Positions 12,301-25,800 of a DNA stretch of 64,000 nucleotides are shown one piece after another. Position 1 is the first letter of the stretch. Every line of letters starts with the position of its first letter. The stretch covers positions 21,700,001 through 21,764,000 of the forward strand of contig OZ059895.1 of NCBI GenBank assembly GCA_964057225.1, written 5' to 3'. The position numbers and the translations under genes are program-made. This DNA is from Auanema rhodensis (Eukaryota; Animalia; Nematoda). Below the pieces are notes generated by a model that was given only the letters and a program-made list of their open reading frames with translations, had not been told where the DNA came from and did no database searches.

Positions 12301-14742
12301 ATGGAAACTCAACATACACTAATGCATCATTTTTCAAACGATCATAACTAATTTTTGTATTGAGCGTTTCTCAATGTAGTATAGTGCATTCGATGCGGAT
12401 TTTTAAGCTGCGTCGATCTGTGTTATCAGATTTGCGCTAGCTTAAAAATGCACCGAGATATCAACTGATATATGTTCACACTTATATCCTCGATTTTCAC
12501 CCTGAAGAAATTATTTTTTCGTTGAATTACATTGTCCATCGTCTTTGCCTTGAAAAAAGGAATCTAAAAACATCTACTTCTTGCTAAATTATTTTGAAAT
12601 TTTTCGAAAAAATTTTTGTCAAAATGTTTTTGGAAGCAATGTTGAGTGTACATGGAAACTCAACATACACTAATGCATCATTTTTCAAACGATCATAACT
12701 AATTTTTGTATTAAGCGTTTCTCAATGTAGTATAGTGCATTCGATGCGGATTTTTAAGCTGCGTCGATCTGTGTTATCAGATTTGCTCTAGCTTAAAAAT
12801 GCACCGAGATATCAACTGATATATGTTCACACTTATATCCTCGATTTTCACCCTGAAGAAATTATTTTTTCGTTGAATAACATTGTCCATCGTCTTTGCC
12901 TTGAAAAAAGGAATCTAAAAACATCTACTTCTTGCTAAATTATTTTGAAATTTTTCGAAAAAATTTTTGTCAAAATGTTTTTGGAAGCAATGTTGAGTGT
13001 ACATGGAAACTCAACATACACTAATGCATCATTTTTCAAACGATCATAACTAATTTTTGTATTGAGCGTTTCTCGATGTAGTATAGTGCATTCGATGCGG
13101 ATTTTTAAGCTGCGTCGATCTGTGTTATCAGATTTGCGCTAGCTTAAAAATGCACCGAGATATCAACTGATATAAGTTCACACTTAGATCCTCGATTTTC
13201 ACCCTGAAGAATTAATTTTTTCGTTGAATAACAATGTCCATCGTCTTTGCCTTGAAAAAAGGAATCTAAAAACATCTACTTCTTGCTAAATTATTTTGAA
13301 ATTTTTCGAAAAAATTTTTGTCAAAATGTTTTTGGAAGCAATGTTGAGTGTACATGGAAACTCAACATACACTAATGCATCATTTTTCAAACGATCATAA
13401 CTAATTTTTGTATTGAGCGTTTCTCAATGTAGTATAGTGCATTCGATGCGGATTTTTAAGCTGCGTCGATCTGTGTTATCAGATTTGCGCTAGCTTAAAA
13501 ATGCACCGAGATATCAACTGATATATGTTCACACTTATATCCTCGATTTTCACCCTGAAGAAATTATTTTTTCGTTGAATAACATTGTCCATCGTCTTTG
13601 CCTTGAAAAAAGGAATCTAAAAACATCTACTTCTTGCTAAATTATTTTGAAATTTTTCGAAAAAATTTTTGTCAAAATGTTTTTGGAAGCAATGTTGAGT
13701 GTACATGGAAACTCAACATACACTAATGCATCATTTTTCAAACGATCATAACTAATTTTTGTATTGAGCGTTTCTCAATGTAGTATAGTGCATTCGATGC
13801 GGATTTTTAAGCTGCGTCGATCTGTGTTATCAGATTTGCTCTAGCTTAAAAATGCACCGAGATATCAACTGATATATGTTCACACTTATATCCTCGATTT
13901 TCACCCTGAAGAAATTATTTTTTCGTTGAATAACATTGTCCATCGTCTTTGCCTTGAAAAAAGGAATCTAAAAACATCTACTTCTTGCTAAATTATTTTG
14001 AAATTTTTCGAAAAAATTTTTGTCAAAATGTTTTTGGAAGCAATGTTGAGTGTACATGGAAACTCAACATACACTAATGCATCATTTTTCAAACGATCAT
14101 AACTAATTTTTGTATTGAGCGTTTCTCAATGTAGTATAGTGCATTCGATGCGGATTTTTAAGCTGCGTCGATCTGTGTTATCAGATTTGCTCTAGCTTAA
14201 AAATGCACCGAGATATCAACTGATATATGTTCACACTTATATCCTCGATTTTCACCCTGAAGAAATTATTTTTTCGTTGAATAACATTGTCCATCGTCTT
14301 TGCCTTGAAAAAAGGAATCTAAAAACATCTACTTCTTGCTAAATTATTTTGAAATTTTTCGAAAAAATTTTTGTCAAAATGTTTTTGGAAGCAATGTTGA
14401 GTGTACATGGAAACTCAACATACACTAATGCATCATTTTTCAAACGATCATAACTAATTTTTGTATTGAGCGTTTCTCAATGTAGTATAGTGCATTCGAT
14501 GCGGATTTTTAAGCTGCGTCGATCTGTGTTATCAGATTTGCGCTAGCTTAAAAATGCACCGAGATATCAACTGATATATGTTCACACTTATATCCTCGAT
14601 TTTCACCCTGAAGAAATTATTTTTTCGTTGAATTACATTGTCCATCGTCTTTGCCTTGAAAAAAGGAATCTAAAAACATCTACTTCTTGCTAAATTATTT
14701 TGAAATTTTTCGAAAAAATTTTTGTCAAAATGTTTTTGGAAG

Positions 14743-17700
14743 CAATGTTGAGTGTACATGGAAACTCAACATACACTAATGCATCATTTTTCAAACGATC
14801 ATAACTAATTTTTGTATTAAGCGTTTCTCAATGTAGTATAGTGCATTCGATGCGGATTTTTAAGCTGCGTCGATCTGTGTTATCAGATTTGCTCTAGCTT
14901 AAAAATGCACCGAGATATCAACTGATATATGTTCACACTTATATCCTCGATTTTCACCCTGAAGAAATTATTTTTTCGTTGAATAACATTGTCCATCGTC
15001 TTTGCCTTGAAAAAAGGAATCTAAAAACATCTACTTCTTGCTAAATTATTTTGAAATTTTTCGAAAAAATTTTTGTCAAAATGTTTTTGGAAGCAATGTT
15101 GAGTGTACATGGAAACTCAACATACACTAATGCATCATTTTTCAAACGATCATAACTAATTTTTGTATTGAGCGTTTCTCGATGTAGTATAGTGCATTCG
15201 ATGCGGATTTTTAAGCTGCGTCGATCTGTGTTATCAGATTTGCGCTAGCTTAAAAATGCACCGAGATATCAACTGATATAAGTTCACACTTAGATCCTCG
15301 ATTTTCACCCTGAAGAATTAATTTTTTCGTTGAATAACAATGTCCATCGTCTTTGCCTTGAAAAAAGGAATCTAAAAACATCTACTTCTTGCTAAATTAT
15401 TTTGAAATTTTTCGAAAAAATTTTTGTCAAAATGTTTTTGGAAGCAATGTTGAGTGTACATGGAAACTCAACATACACTAATGCATCATTTTTCAAACGA
15501 TCATAACTAATTTTTGTATTGAGCGTTTCTCAATGTAGTATAGTGCATTCGATGCGGATTTTTAAGCTGCGTCGATCTGTGTTATCAGATTTGCGCTAGC
15601 TTAAAAATGCACCGAGATATCAACTGATATATGTTCACACTTATATCCTCGATTTTCACCCTGAAGAAATTATTTTTTCGTTGAATAACATTGTCCATCG
15701 TCTTTGCCTTGAAAAAAGGAATCTAAAAACATCTACTTCTTGCTAAATTATTTTGAAATTTTTCGAAAAAATTTTTGTCAAAATGTTTTTGGAAGCAATG
15801 TTGAGTGTACATGGAAACTCAACATACACTAATGCATCATTTTTCAAACGATCATAACTAATTTTTGTATTGAGCGTTTCTCAATGTAGTATAGTGCATT
15901 CGATGCGGATTTTTAAGCTGCGTCGATCTGTGTTATCAGATTTGCTCTAGCTTAAAAATGCACCGAGATATCAACTGATATATGTTCACACTTATATCCT
16001 CGATTTTCACCCTGAAGAAATTATTTTTTCGTTGAATAACATTGTCCATCGTCTTTGCCTTGAAAAAAGGAATCTAAAAACATCTACTTCTTGCTAAATT
16101 ATTTTGAAATTTTTCGAAAAAATTTTTGTCAAAATGTTTTTGGAAGCAATGTTGAGTGTACATGGAAACTCAACATACACTAATGCATCATTTTTCAAAC
16201 GATCATAACTAATTTTTGTATTGAGCGTTTCTCAATGTAGTATAGTGCATTCGATGCGGATTTTTAAGCTGCGTCGATCTGTGTTATCAGATTTGCTCTA
16301 GCTTAAAAATGCACCGAGATATCAACTGATATATGTTCACACTTATATCCTCGATTTTCACCCTGAAGAAATTATTTTTTCGTTGAATAACATTGTCCAT
16401 CGTCTTTGCCTTGAAAAAAGGAATCTAAAAACATCTACTTCTTGCTAAATTATTTTGAAATTTTTCGAAAAAATTTTTGTCAAAATGTTTTTGGAAGCAA
16501 TGTTGAGTGTACATGGAAACTCAACATACACTAATGCATCATTTTTCAAACGATCATAACTAATTTTTGTATTGAGCGTTTCTCAATGTAGTATAGTGCA
16601 TTCGATGCGGATTTTTAAGCTGCGTCGATCTGTGTTATCAGATTTGCTCTAGCTTAAAAATGCACCGAGATATCAACTGATATATGTTCACACTTATATC
16701 CTCGATTTTCACCCTGAAGAAATTATTTTTTCGTTGAATAACATTGTCCATCGTCTTTGCCTTGAAAAAAGGAATCTAAAAACATCTACTTCTTGCTAAA
16801 TTATTTTGAAATTTTTCGAAAAAATTTTTGTCAAAATGTTTTTGGAAGCAATGTTGAGTGTACATGGAAACTCAACATACACTAATGCATCATTTTTCAA
16901 ACGATCATAACTAATTTTTGTATTGAGCGTTTCTCAATGTAGTATAGTGCATTCGATGCGGATTTTTAAGCTGCGTCGATCTGTGTTATCAGATTTGCGC
17001 TAGCTTAAAAATGCACCGAGATATCAACTGATATATGTTCACACTTATATCCTCGATTTTCACCCTGAAGAAATTATTTTTTCGTTGAATTACATTGTCC
17101 ATCGTCTTTGCCTTGAAAAAAGGAATCTAAAAACATCTACTTCTTGCTAAATTATTTTGAAATTTTTCGAAAAAATTTTTGTCAAAATGTTTTTGGAAGC
17201 AATGTTGAGTGTACATGGAAACTCAACATACACTAATGCATCATTTTTCAAACGATCATAACTAATTTTTGTATTGAGCGTTTCTCAATGTAGTATAGTG
17301 CATTCGATGCGGATTTTTAAGCTGCGTCGATCTGTGTTATCAGATTTGCGCTAGCTTAAAAATGCACCGAGATATCAACTGATATATGTTCACACTTATA
17401 TCCTCGATTTTCACCCTGAAGAAATTATTTTTTCGTTGAATTACATTGTCCATCGTCTTTGCCTTGAAAAAAGGAATCTAAAAACATCTACTTCTTGCTA
17501 AATTATTTTGAAATTTTTCGAAAAAATTTTTGTCAAAATGTTTTTGGAAGCAATGTTGAGTGTACATGGAAACTCAACATACACTAATGCATCATTTTTC
17601 AAACGATCATAACTAATTTTTGTATTAAGCGTTTCTCAATGTAGTATAGTGCATTCGATGCGGATTTTTAAGCTGCGTCGATCTGTGTTATCAGATTTGC

Positions 17701-20700
17701 TCTAGCTTAAAAATGCACCGAGATATCAACTGATATATGTTCACACTTATATCCTCGATTTTCACCCTGAAGAAATTATTTTTTCGTTGAATAACATTGT
17801 CCATCGTCTTTGCCTTGAAAAAAGGAATCTAAAAACATCTACTTCTTGCTAAATTATTTTGAAATTTTTCGAAAAAATTTTTGTCAAAATGTTTTTGGAA
17901 GCAATGTTGAGTGTACATGGAAACTCAACATACACTAATGCATCATTTTTCAAACGATCATAACTAATTTTTGTATTGAGCGTTTCTCGATGTAGTATAG
18001 TGCATTCGATGCGGATTTTTAAGCTGCGTCGATCTGTGTTATCAGATTTGCGCTAGCTTAAAAATGCACCGAGATATCAACTGATATAAGTTCACACTTA
18101 GATCCTCGATTTTCACCCTGAAGAATTAATTTTTTCGTTGAATAACAATGTCCATCGTCTTTGCCTTGAAAAAAGGAATCTAAAAACATCTACTTCTTGC
18201 TAAATTATTTTGAAATTTTTCGAAAAAATTTTTGTCAAAATGTTTTTGGAAGCAATGTTGAGTGTACATGGAAACTCAACATACACTAATGCATCATTTT
18301 TCAAACGATCATAACTAATTTTTGTATTGAGCGTTTCTCAATGTAGTATAGTGCATTCGATGCGGATTTTTAAGCTGCGTCGATCTGTGTTATCAGATTT
18401 GCGCTAGCTTAAAAATGCACCGAGATATCAACTGATATATGTTCACACTTATATCCTCGATTTTCACCCTGAAGAAATTATTTTTTCGTTGAATAACATT
18501 GTCCATCGTCTTTGCCTTGAAAAAAGGAATCTAAAAACATCTACTTCTTGCTAAATTATTTTGAAATTTTTCGAAAAAATTTTTGTCAATATGTTTTTGG
18601 AAGCAATGTTGAGTGTACATGGAAACTCAACATACACTAATGCATCATTTTTCAAACGATCATAACTAATTTTTGTATCAAGCGTTTCTCAATGTAGTAT
18701 AGTGCATTCGATGCGGATTTTTAAGCTGCGTCGATCTGTGTTATCAGATTTGCGCTAGCTTAAAAATGCACCGAGATATCAACTGATATATGTTCACACT
18801 TATATCCTCGATTTTCACCCTGAAGAAATTATTTTTTCGTTGAATAACATTGTCCATCGTCTTTGCCTTGAAAAAAGGAATCTAAAAACATCTACTTCTT
18901 GCTAAATTATTTTGAAATTTTTCGAAAAAATTTTTGTCAAAATGTTTTTGGAAGCAATGTTGAGTGTACATGGAAACTCAACATACACTAATGCATCATT
19001 TTTCAAACGATCATAACTAATTTTTGTATTAAGCGTTTCTCAATGTAGTATAGTGCATTCGATGCGGATTTTTAAGCTGCGTCGATCTGTGTTATCAGAT
19101 TTGCTCTAGCTTAAAAATGCACCGAGATATCAACTGATATATGTTCACACTTATATCCTCGATTTTCACCCTGAAGAAATTATTTTTTCGTTGAATAACA
19201 TTGTCCATCGTCTTTGCCTTGAAAAAAGGAATCTAAAAACATCTACTTCTTGCTAAATTATTTTGAAAATTTTCGAAAAAATTTTTGTCAAAATGTTTTT
19301 GGAAGCAATGTTGAGTGTACATGGAAACTCAACATACACTAATGCATCATTTTTCAAACGATCATAACTAATTTTTGTATTAAGCGTTTCTCAATGTAGT
19401 ATAGTGCATTCGATGCGGATTTTTAAGCTGCGTCGATCTGTGTTATCAGATTTGCTCTAGCTTAAAAATGCACCGAGATATCAACTGATATATGTTCACA
19501 CTTATATCCTCGATTTTCACCCTGAAGAAATTATTTTTTCGTTGAATAACATTGTCCATCGTCTTTGCCTTGAAAAAAGGAATCTAAAAACATCTACTTC
19601 TTGCTAAATTATTTTGAAATTTTTCGAAAAAATTTTTGTCAAAATGTTTTTGGAAGCAATGTTGAGTGTACATGGAAACTCAACATACACTAATGCATCA
19701 TTTTTCAAACGATCATAACTAATTTTTGTATTGAGCGTTTCTCAATGTAGTATAGTGCATTCGATGCGGATTTTTAAGCTGCGTCGATCTGTGTTATCAG
19801 ATTTGCGCTAGCTTAAAAATGCACCGAGATATCAACTGATATATGTTCACACTTATATCCTCGATTTTCACCCTGAAGAAATTATTTTTTCGTTGAATAA
19901 CATTGTCCATCGTCTTTGCCTTGAAAAAAGGAATCTAAAAACATCTACTTCTTGCTAAATTATTCTGAAATTTTTCGAAAAAATTTTTGTCAAAATGTTT
20001 TTGGAAGCAATGTTGAGTGTACATGGAAACTCAACATACACTAATGCATCATTTTTCAAACGATCATAACTAATTTTTGTATTGAGCGTTTCTCAATGTA
20101 GTATAGTGCATTCGATGCGGATTTTTAAGCTGCGTCGATCTGTGTTATCAGATTTGCTCTAGCTTAAAAATGCACCGAGATATCAACTGATATATGTTCA
20201 CACTTATATCCTCGATTTTCACCCTGAAGAAATTATTTTTTCGTTGAATAACATTGTCCATCGTCTTTGCCTTGAAAAAAGGAATCTAAAAACATCTACT
20301 TCTTGCTAAATTATTTTGAAATTTTTCGAAAAAATTTTTGTCAAAATGTTTTTGGAAGCAATGTTGAGTGTACATGGAAACTCAACATACACTAATGCAT
20401 CATTTTTCAAACGATCATAACTAATTTTTGTATTGAGCGTTTCTCAATGTAGTATAGTGCATTCGATGCGGATTTTTAAGCTGCGTCGATCTGTGTTATC
20501 AGATTTGCTCTAGCTTAAAAATGCACCGAGATATCAACTGATATATGTTCACACTTATATCCTCGATTTTCACCCTGAAGAAATTATTTTTTCGTTGAAT
20601 AACATTGTCCATCGTCTTTGCCTTGAAAAAAGGAATCTAAAAACATCTACTTCTTGCTAAATTATTTTGAAATTTTTCGAAAAAATTTTTGTCAAAATGT

Positions 20701-22815
20701 TTTTGGAAGCAATGTTGAGTGTACATGGAAACTCAACATACACTAATGCATCATTTTTCAAACGATCATAACTAATTTTTGTATTGAGCGTTTCTCAATG
20801 TAGTATAGTGCATTCGATGCGGATTTTTAAGCTGCGTCGATCTGTGTTATCAGATTTGCGCTAGCTTAAAAATGCACCGAGATATCAACTGATATATGTT
20901 CACACTTATATCCTCGATTTTCACCCTGAAGAAATTATTTTTTCGTTGAATAACATTGTCCATCGTCTTTGCCTTGAAAAAAGGAATCTAAAAACATCTA
21001 CTTCTTGCTAAATTATTTTGAAATTTTTCGAAAAAATTTTTGTCAAAATGTTTTTGGAAGCAATGTTGAGTGTACATGGAAACTCAACATACACTAATGC
21101 ATCATTTTTCAAACGATCATAACTAATTTTTGTATTAAGCGTTTCTCAATGTAGTATAGTGCATTCGATGCGGATTTTTAAGCTGCGTCGATCTGTGTTA
21201 TCAGATTTGCTCTAGCTTAAAAATGCACCGAGATATCAACTGATATATGTTCACACTTATATCCTCGATTTTCACCCTGAAGAAATTATTTTTTCGTTGA
21301 ATAACATTGTCCATCGTCTTTGCCTCGAAAAAAGGAATCTAAAAACATCTACTTCTTGCTAAATTATTTTGAAATTTTTCGAAAAAATTTTTGTCAAAAT
21401 GTTTTTGGAAGCAATGTTGAGTGTACATGGAAACTCAACATACACTAATGCATCATTTTTCAAACGATCATAACTAATTTTTGTATTGAGCGTTTCTCAA
21501 TGTAGTATAGTGCATTCGATGCGGATTTTTAAGCTGCGTCGATCTGTGTTATCAGATTTGCGCTAGCTTAAAAATGCACCGAGATATCAACTGATATATG
21601 TTCACACTTATATCCTCGATTTTCACCCTGAAGAAATTATTTTTTCGTTGAATAACATTGTCCATCGTCTTTGCCTTGAAAAAAGGAATCTAAAAACATC
21701 TACTTCTTGCTAAATTATTTTGAAATTTTTCGAAAAAATTTTTGTCAAAATGTTTTTGGAAGCAATGTTGAGTGTACATGGAAACTCAACATACACTAAT
21801 GCATCATTTTTCAAACGATCATAACTAATTTTTGTATTAAGCGTTTCTCAATGTAGTATAGTGCATTCGATGCGGATTTTTAAGCTGCGTCGATCTGTGT
21901 TATCAGATTTGCTCTAGCTTAAAAATGCACCGAGATATCAACTGATATATGTTCACACTTATATCCTCGATTTTCACCCTGAAGAAATTATTTTTTCGTT
22001 GAATAACATTGTCCATCGTCTTTGCCTTGAAAAAAGGAATCTAAAAACATCTACTTCTTGCTAAATTATTTTGAAATTTTTCGAAAAAATTTTTGTCAAA
22101 ATGTTTTTGGAAGCAATGTTGAGTGTACATGGAAACTCAACATACACTAATGCATCATTTTTCAAACGATCATAACTAATTTTTGTATTGAGCGTTTCTC
22201 GATGTAGTATAGTGCATTCGATGCGGATTTTTAAGCTGCGTCGATCTGTGTTATCAGATTTGCGCTAGCTTAAAAATGCACCGAGATATCAACTGATATA
22301 AGTTCACACTTAGATCCTCGATTTTCACCCTGAAGAATTAATTTTTTCGTTGAATAACAATGTCCATCGTCTTTGCCTTGAAAAAAGGAATCTAAAAACA
22401 TCTACTTCTTGCTAAATTATTTTGAAATTTTTCGAAAAAATTTTTGTCAAAATGTTTTTGGAAGCAATGTTGAGTGTACATGGAAACTCAACATACACTA
22501 ATGCATCATTTTTCAAACGATCATAACTAATTTTTGTATTGAGCGTTTCTCGATGTAGTATAGTGCATTCGATGCGGATTTTTAAGCTGCGTCGATCTGT
22601 GTTATCAGATTTGCGCTAGCTTAAAAATGCACCGAGATATCAACTGATATATGTTCACACTTATATCCTCGATTTTCACCCTGAAGAAATTATTTTTTCG
22701 TTGAATAACATTGTCCATCGTGTTTGCCTTGAAAAAAGGAATCTAAAAACATCTACTTCTTGCTAAATTATTTTGAAATTTTTCGAAAAAATTTTTGTCA
22801 AAATGTTTTTGGAAG
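14743..22815 (+). repeat. 23-monomer block (M43-M65) duplicating 1-8073 (M1-M23)
   Basis: Same order of monomer types. Shared rare SNPs at constant offset 14742: 3848/18590, 3937/18679, 4527/19269, 5223/19965, 7980/22722. Confidence 0.9.
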
Positions 22816-25800
22816 CAATGTTGAGTGTACATGGAAACTCAACATACACTAATGCATCATTTTTCAAACGATCATAACTAATTTTTGTATTGAGCGTTTC
22901 TCAGTGTAGTATAGTGCATTCGATGCGGATTTTTAAGCTGCGTCGATCTGTGTTATCAGATTTGCGCTAGCTTAAAAATGCACCGAGATATCAACTGATA
23001 TATGTTCACACTTATATCCTCGATTTTCACCCTGAAGAAATTATTTTTTCGTTGAATAACATTGTCCATCGTGTTTGCCTTGAAAAAAGGAATCTAAAAA
23101 CATCTACTTCTTGCTAAATTATTTTGAAATTTTTCGAAAAAATTTTTGTCAAAATGTTTTTGGAAGCAATGTTGAGTGTACATGGAAACTCAACATACAC
23201 TAATGCATCATTTTTCAAACGATCATAACTAATTTTTGTATTGAGCGTTTCTCAATGTAGTATAGTGCATTCGATGCGGATTTTTAAGCTGCGTCGATCT
23301 GTGTTATCAGATTTGCGCTAGCTTAAAAATGCACCGAGATATCAACTGATATATGTTCACACTTATATCCTCGATTTTCACCCTGAAGAAATTATTTTTT
23401 CGTTGAATAACATTGTCCATCGTCTTTGCCTTGAAAAAAGGAATCTAAAAACATCTACTTCTTGCTAAATTATTTTGAAATTTTTCGAAAAAATTTTTGT
23501 CAAAATGTTTTTGGAAGCAATGTTGAGTGTACATGGAAACTCAACATACACTAATGCATCATTTTTCAAACGATCATAACTAATTTTTGTATTAAGCGTT
23601 TCTCAATGTAGTATAGTGCATTCGATGCGGATTTTTAAGCTGCGTCGATCTGTGTTATCAGATTTGCTCTAGCTTAAAAATGCACCGAGATATCAACTGA
23701 TATATGTTCACACTTATATCCTCGATTTTCACCCTGAAGAAATTATTTTTTCGTTGAATAACATTGTCCATCGTCTTTGCCTTGAAAAAAGGAATCTAAA
23801 AACATCTACTTCTTGCTAAATTATTTTGAAATTTTTCGAAAAAATTTTTGTCAAAATGTTTTTGGAAGCAATGTTGAGTGTACATGGAAACTCAACATAC
23901 ACTAATGCATCATTTTTCAAACGATCATAACTAATTTTTGTATTGAGCGTTTCTCAATGTAGTATAGTGCATTCGATGCGGATTTTTAAGCTGCGTCGAT
24001 CTGTGTTATCAGATTTGCGCTAGCTTAAAAATGCACCGAGATATCAACTGATATATGTTCACACTTATATCCTCGATTTTCACCCTGAAGAAATTATTTT
24101 TTCGTTGAATAACATTGTCCATCGTCTTTGCCTTGAAAAAAGGAATCTAAAAACATCTACTTCTTGCTAAATTATTTTGAAATTTTTCGAAAAAATTTTT
24201 GTCAAAATGTTTTTGGAAGCAATGTTGAGTGTACATGGAAACTCAACATACACTAATGCATCATTTTTCAAACGATCATAACTAATTTTTGTATTAAGCG
24301 TTTCTCAATGTAGTATAGTGCATTCGATGCGGATTTTTAAGCTGCGTCGATCTGTGTTATCAGATTTGCTCTAGCTTAAAAATGCACCGAGATATCAACT
24401 GATATATGTTCACACTTATATCCTCGATTTTCACCCTGAAGAAATTATTTTTTCGTTGAATAACATTGTCCATCGTCTTTGCCTTGAAAAAAGGAATCTA
24501 AAAACATCTACTTCTTGCTAAATTATTTTGAAATTTTTCGAAAAAATTTTTGTCAAAATGTTTTTGGAAGCAATGTTGAGTGTACATGGAAACTCAACAT
24601 ACACTAATGCATCATTTTTCAAACGATCATAACTAATTTTTGTATTGAGCGTTTCTCGATGTAGTATAGTGCATTCGATGCGGATTTTTAAGCTGCGTCG
24701 ATCTGTGTTATCAGATTTGCGCTAGCTTAAAAATGCACCGAGATATCAACTGATATAAGTTCACACTTAGATCCTCGATTTTCACCCTGAAGAATTAATT
24801 TTTTCGTTGAATAACAATGTCCATCGTCTTTGCCTTGAAAAAAGGAATCTAAAAACATCTACTTCTTGCTAAATTATTTTGAAATTTTTCGAAAAAATTT
24901 TTGTCAAAATGTTTTTGGAAGCAATGTTGAGTGTACATGGAAACTCAACATACACTAATGCATCATTTTTCAAACGATCATAACTAATTTTTGTATTGAG
25001 CGTTTCTCGATGTAGTATAGTGCATTCGATGCGGATTTTTAAGCTGCGTCGATCTGTGTTATCAGATTTGCGCTAGCTTAAAAATGCACCGAGATATCAA
25101 CTGATATATGTTCACACTTATATCCTCGATTTTCACCCTGAAGAAATTATTTTTTCGTTGAATAACATTGTCCATCGTGTTTGCCTTGAAAAAAGGAATC
25201 TAAAAACATCTACTTCTTGCTAAATTATTTTGAAATTTTTCGAAAAAATTTTTGTCAAAATGTTTTTGGAAGCAATGTTGAGTGTACATGGAAACTCAAC
25301 ATACACTAATGCATCATTTTTCAAACGATCATAACTAATTTTTGTATTGAGCGTTTCTCAATGTAGTATAGTGCATTCGATGCGGATTTTTAAGCTGCGT
25401 CGATCTGTGTTATCAGATTTGCGCTAGCTTAAAAATGCACCGAGATATCAACTGATATATGTTCACACTTATATCCTCGATTTTCACCCTGAAGAAATTA
25501 TTTTTTCGTTGAATAACATTGTCCATCGTCTTTGCCTTGAAAAAAGGAATCTAAAAACATCTACTTCTTGCTAAATTATTTTGAAATTTTTCGAAAAAAT
25601 TTTTGTCAAAATGTTTTTGGAAGCAATGTTGAGTGTACATGGAAACTCAACATACACTAATGCATCATTTTTCAAACGATCATAACTAATTTTTGTATTA
25701 AGCGTTTCTCAATGTAGTATAGTGCATTCGATGCGGATTTTTAAGCTGCGTCGATCTGTGTTATCAGATTTGCTCTAGCTTAAAAATGCACCGAGATATC

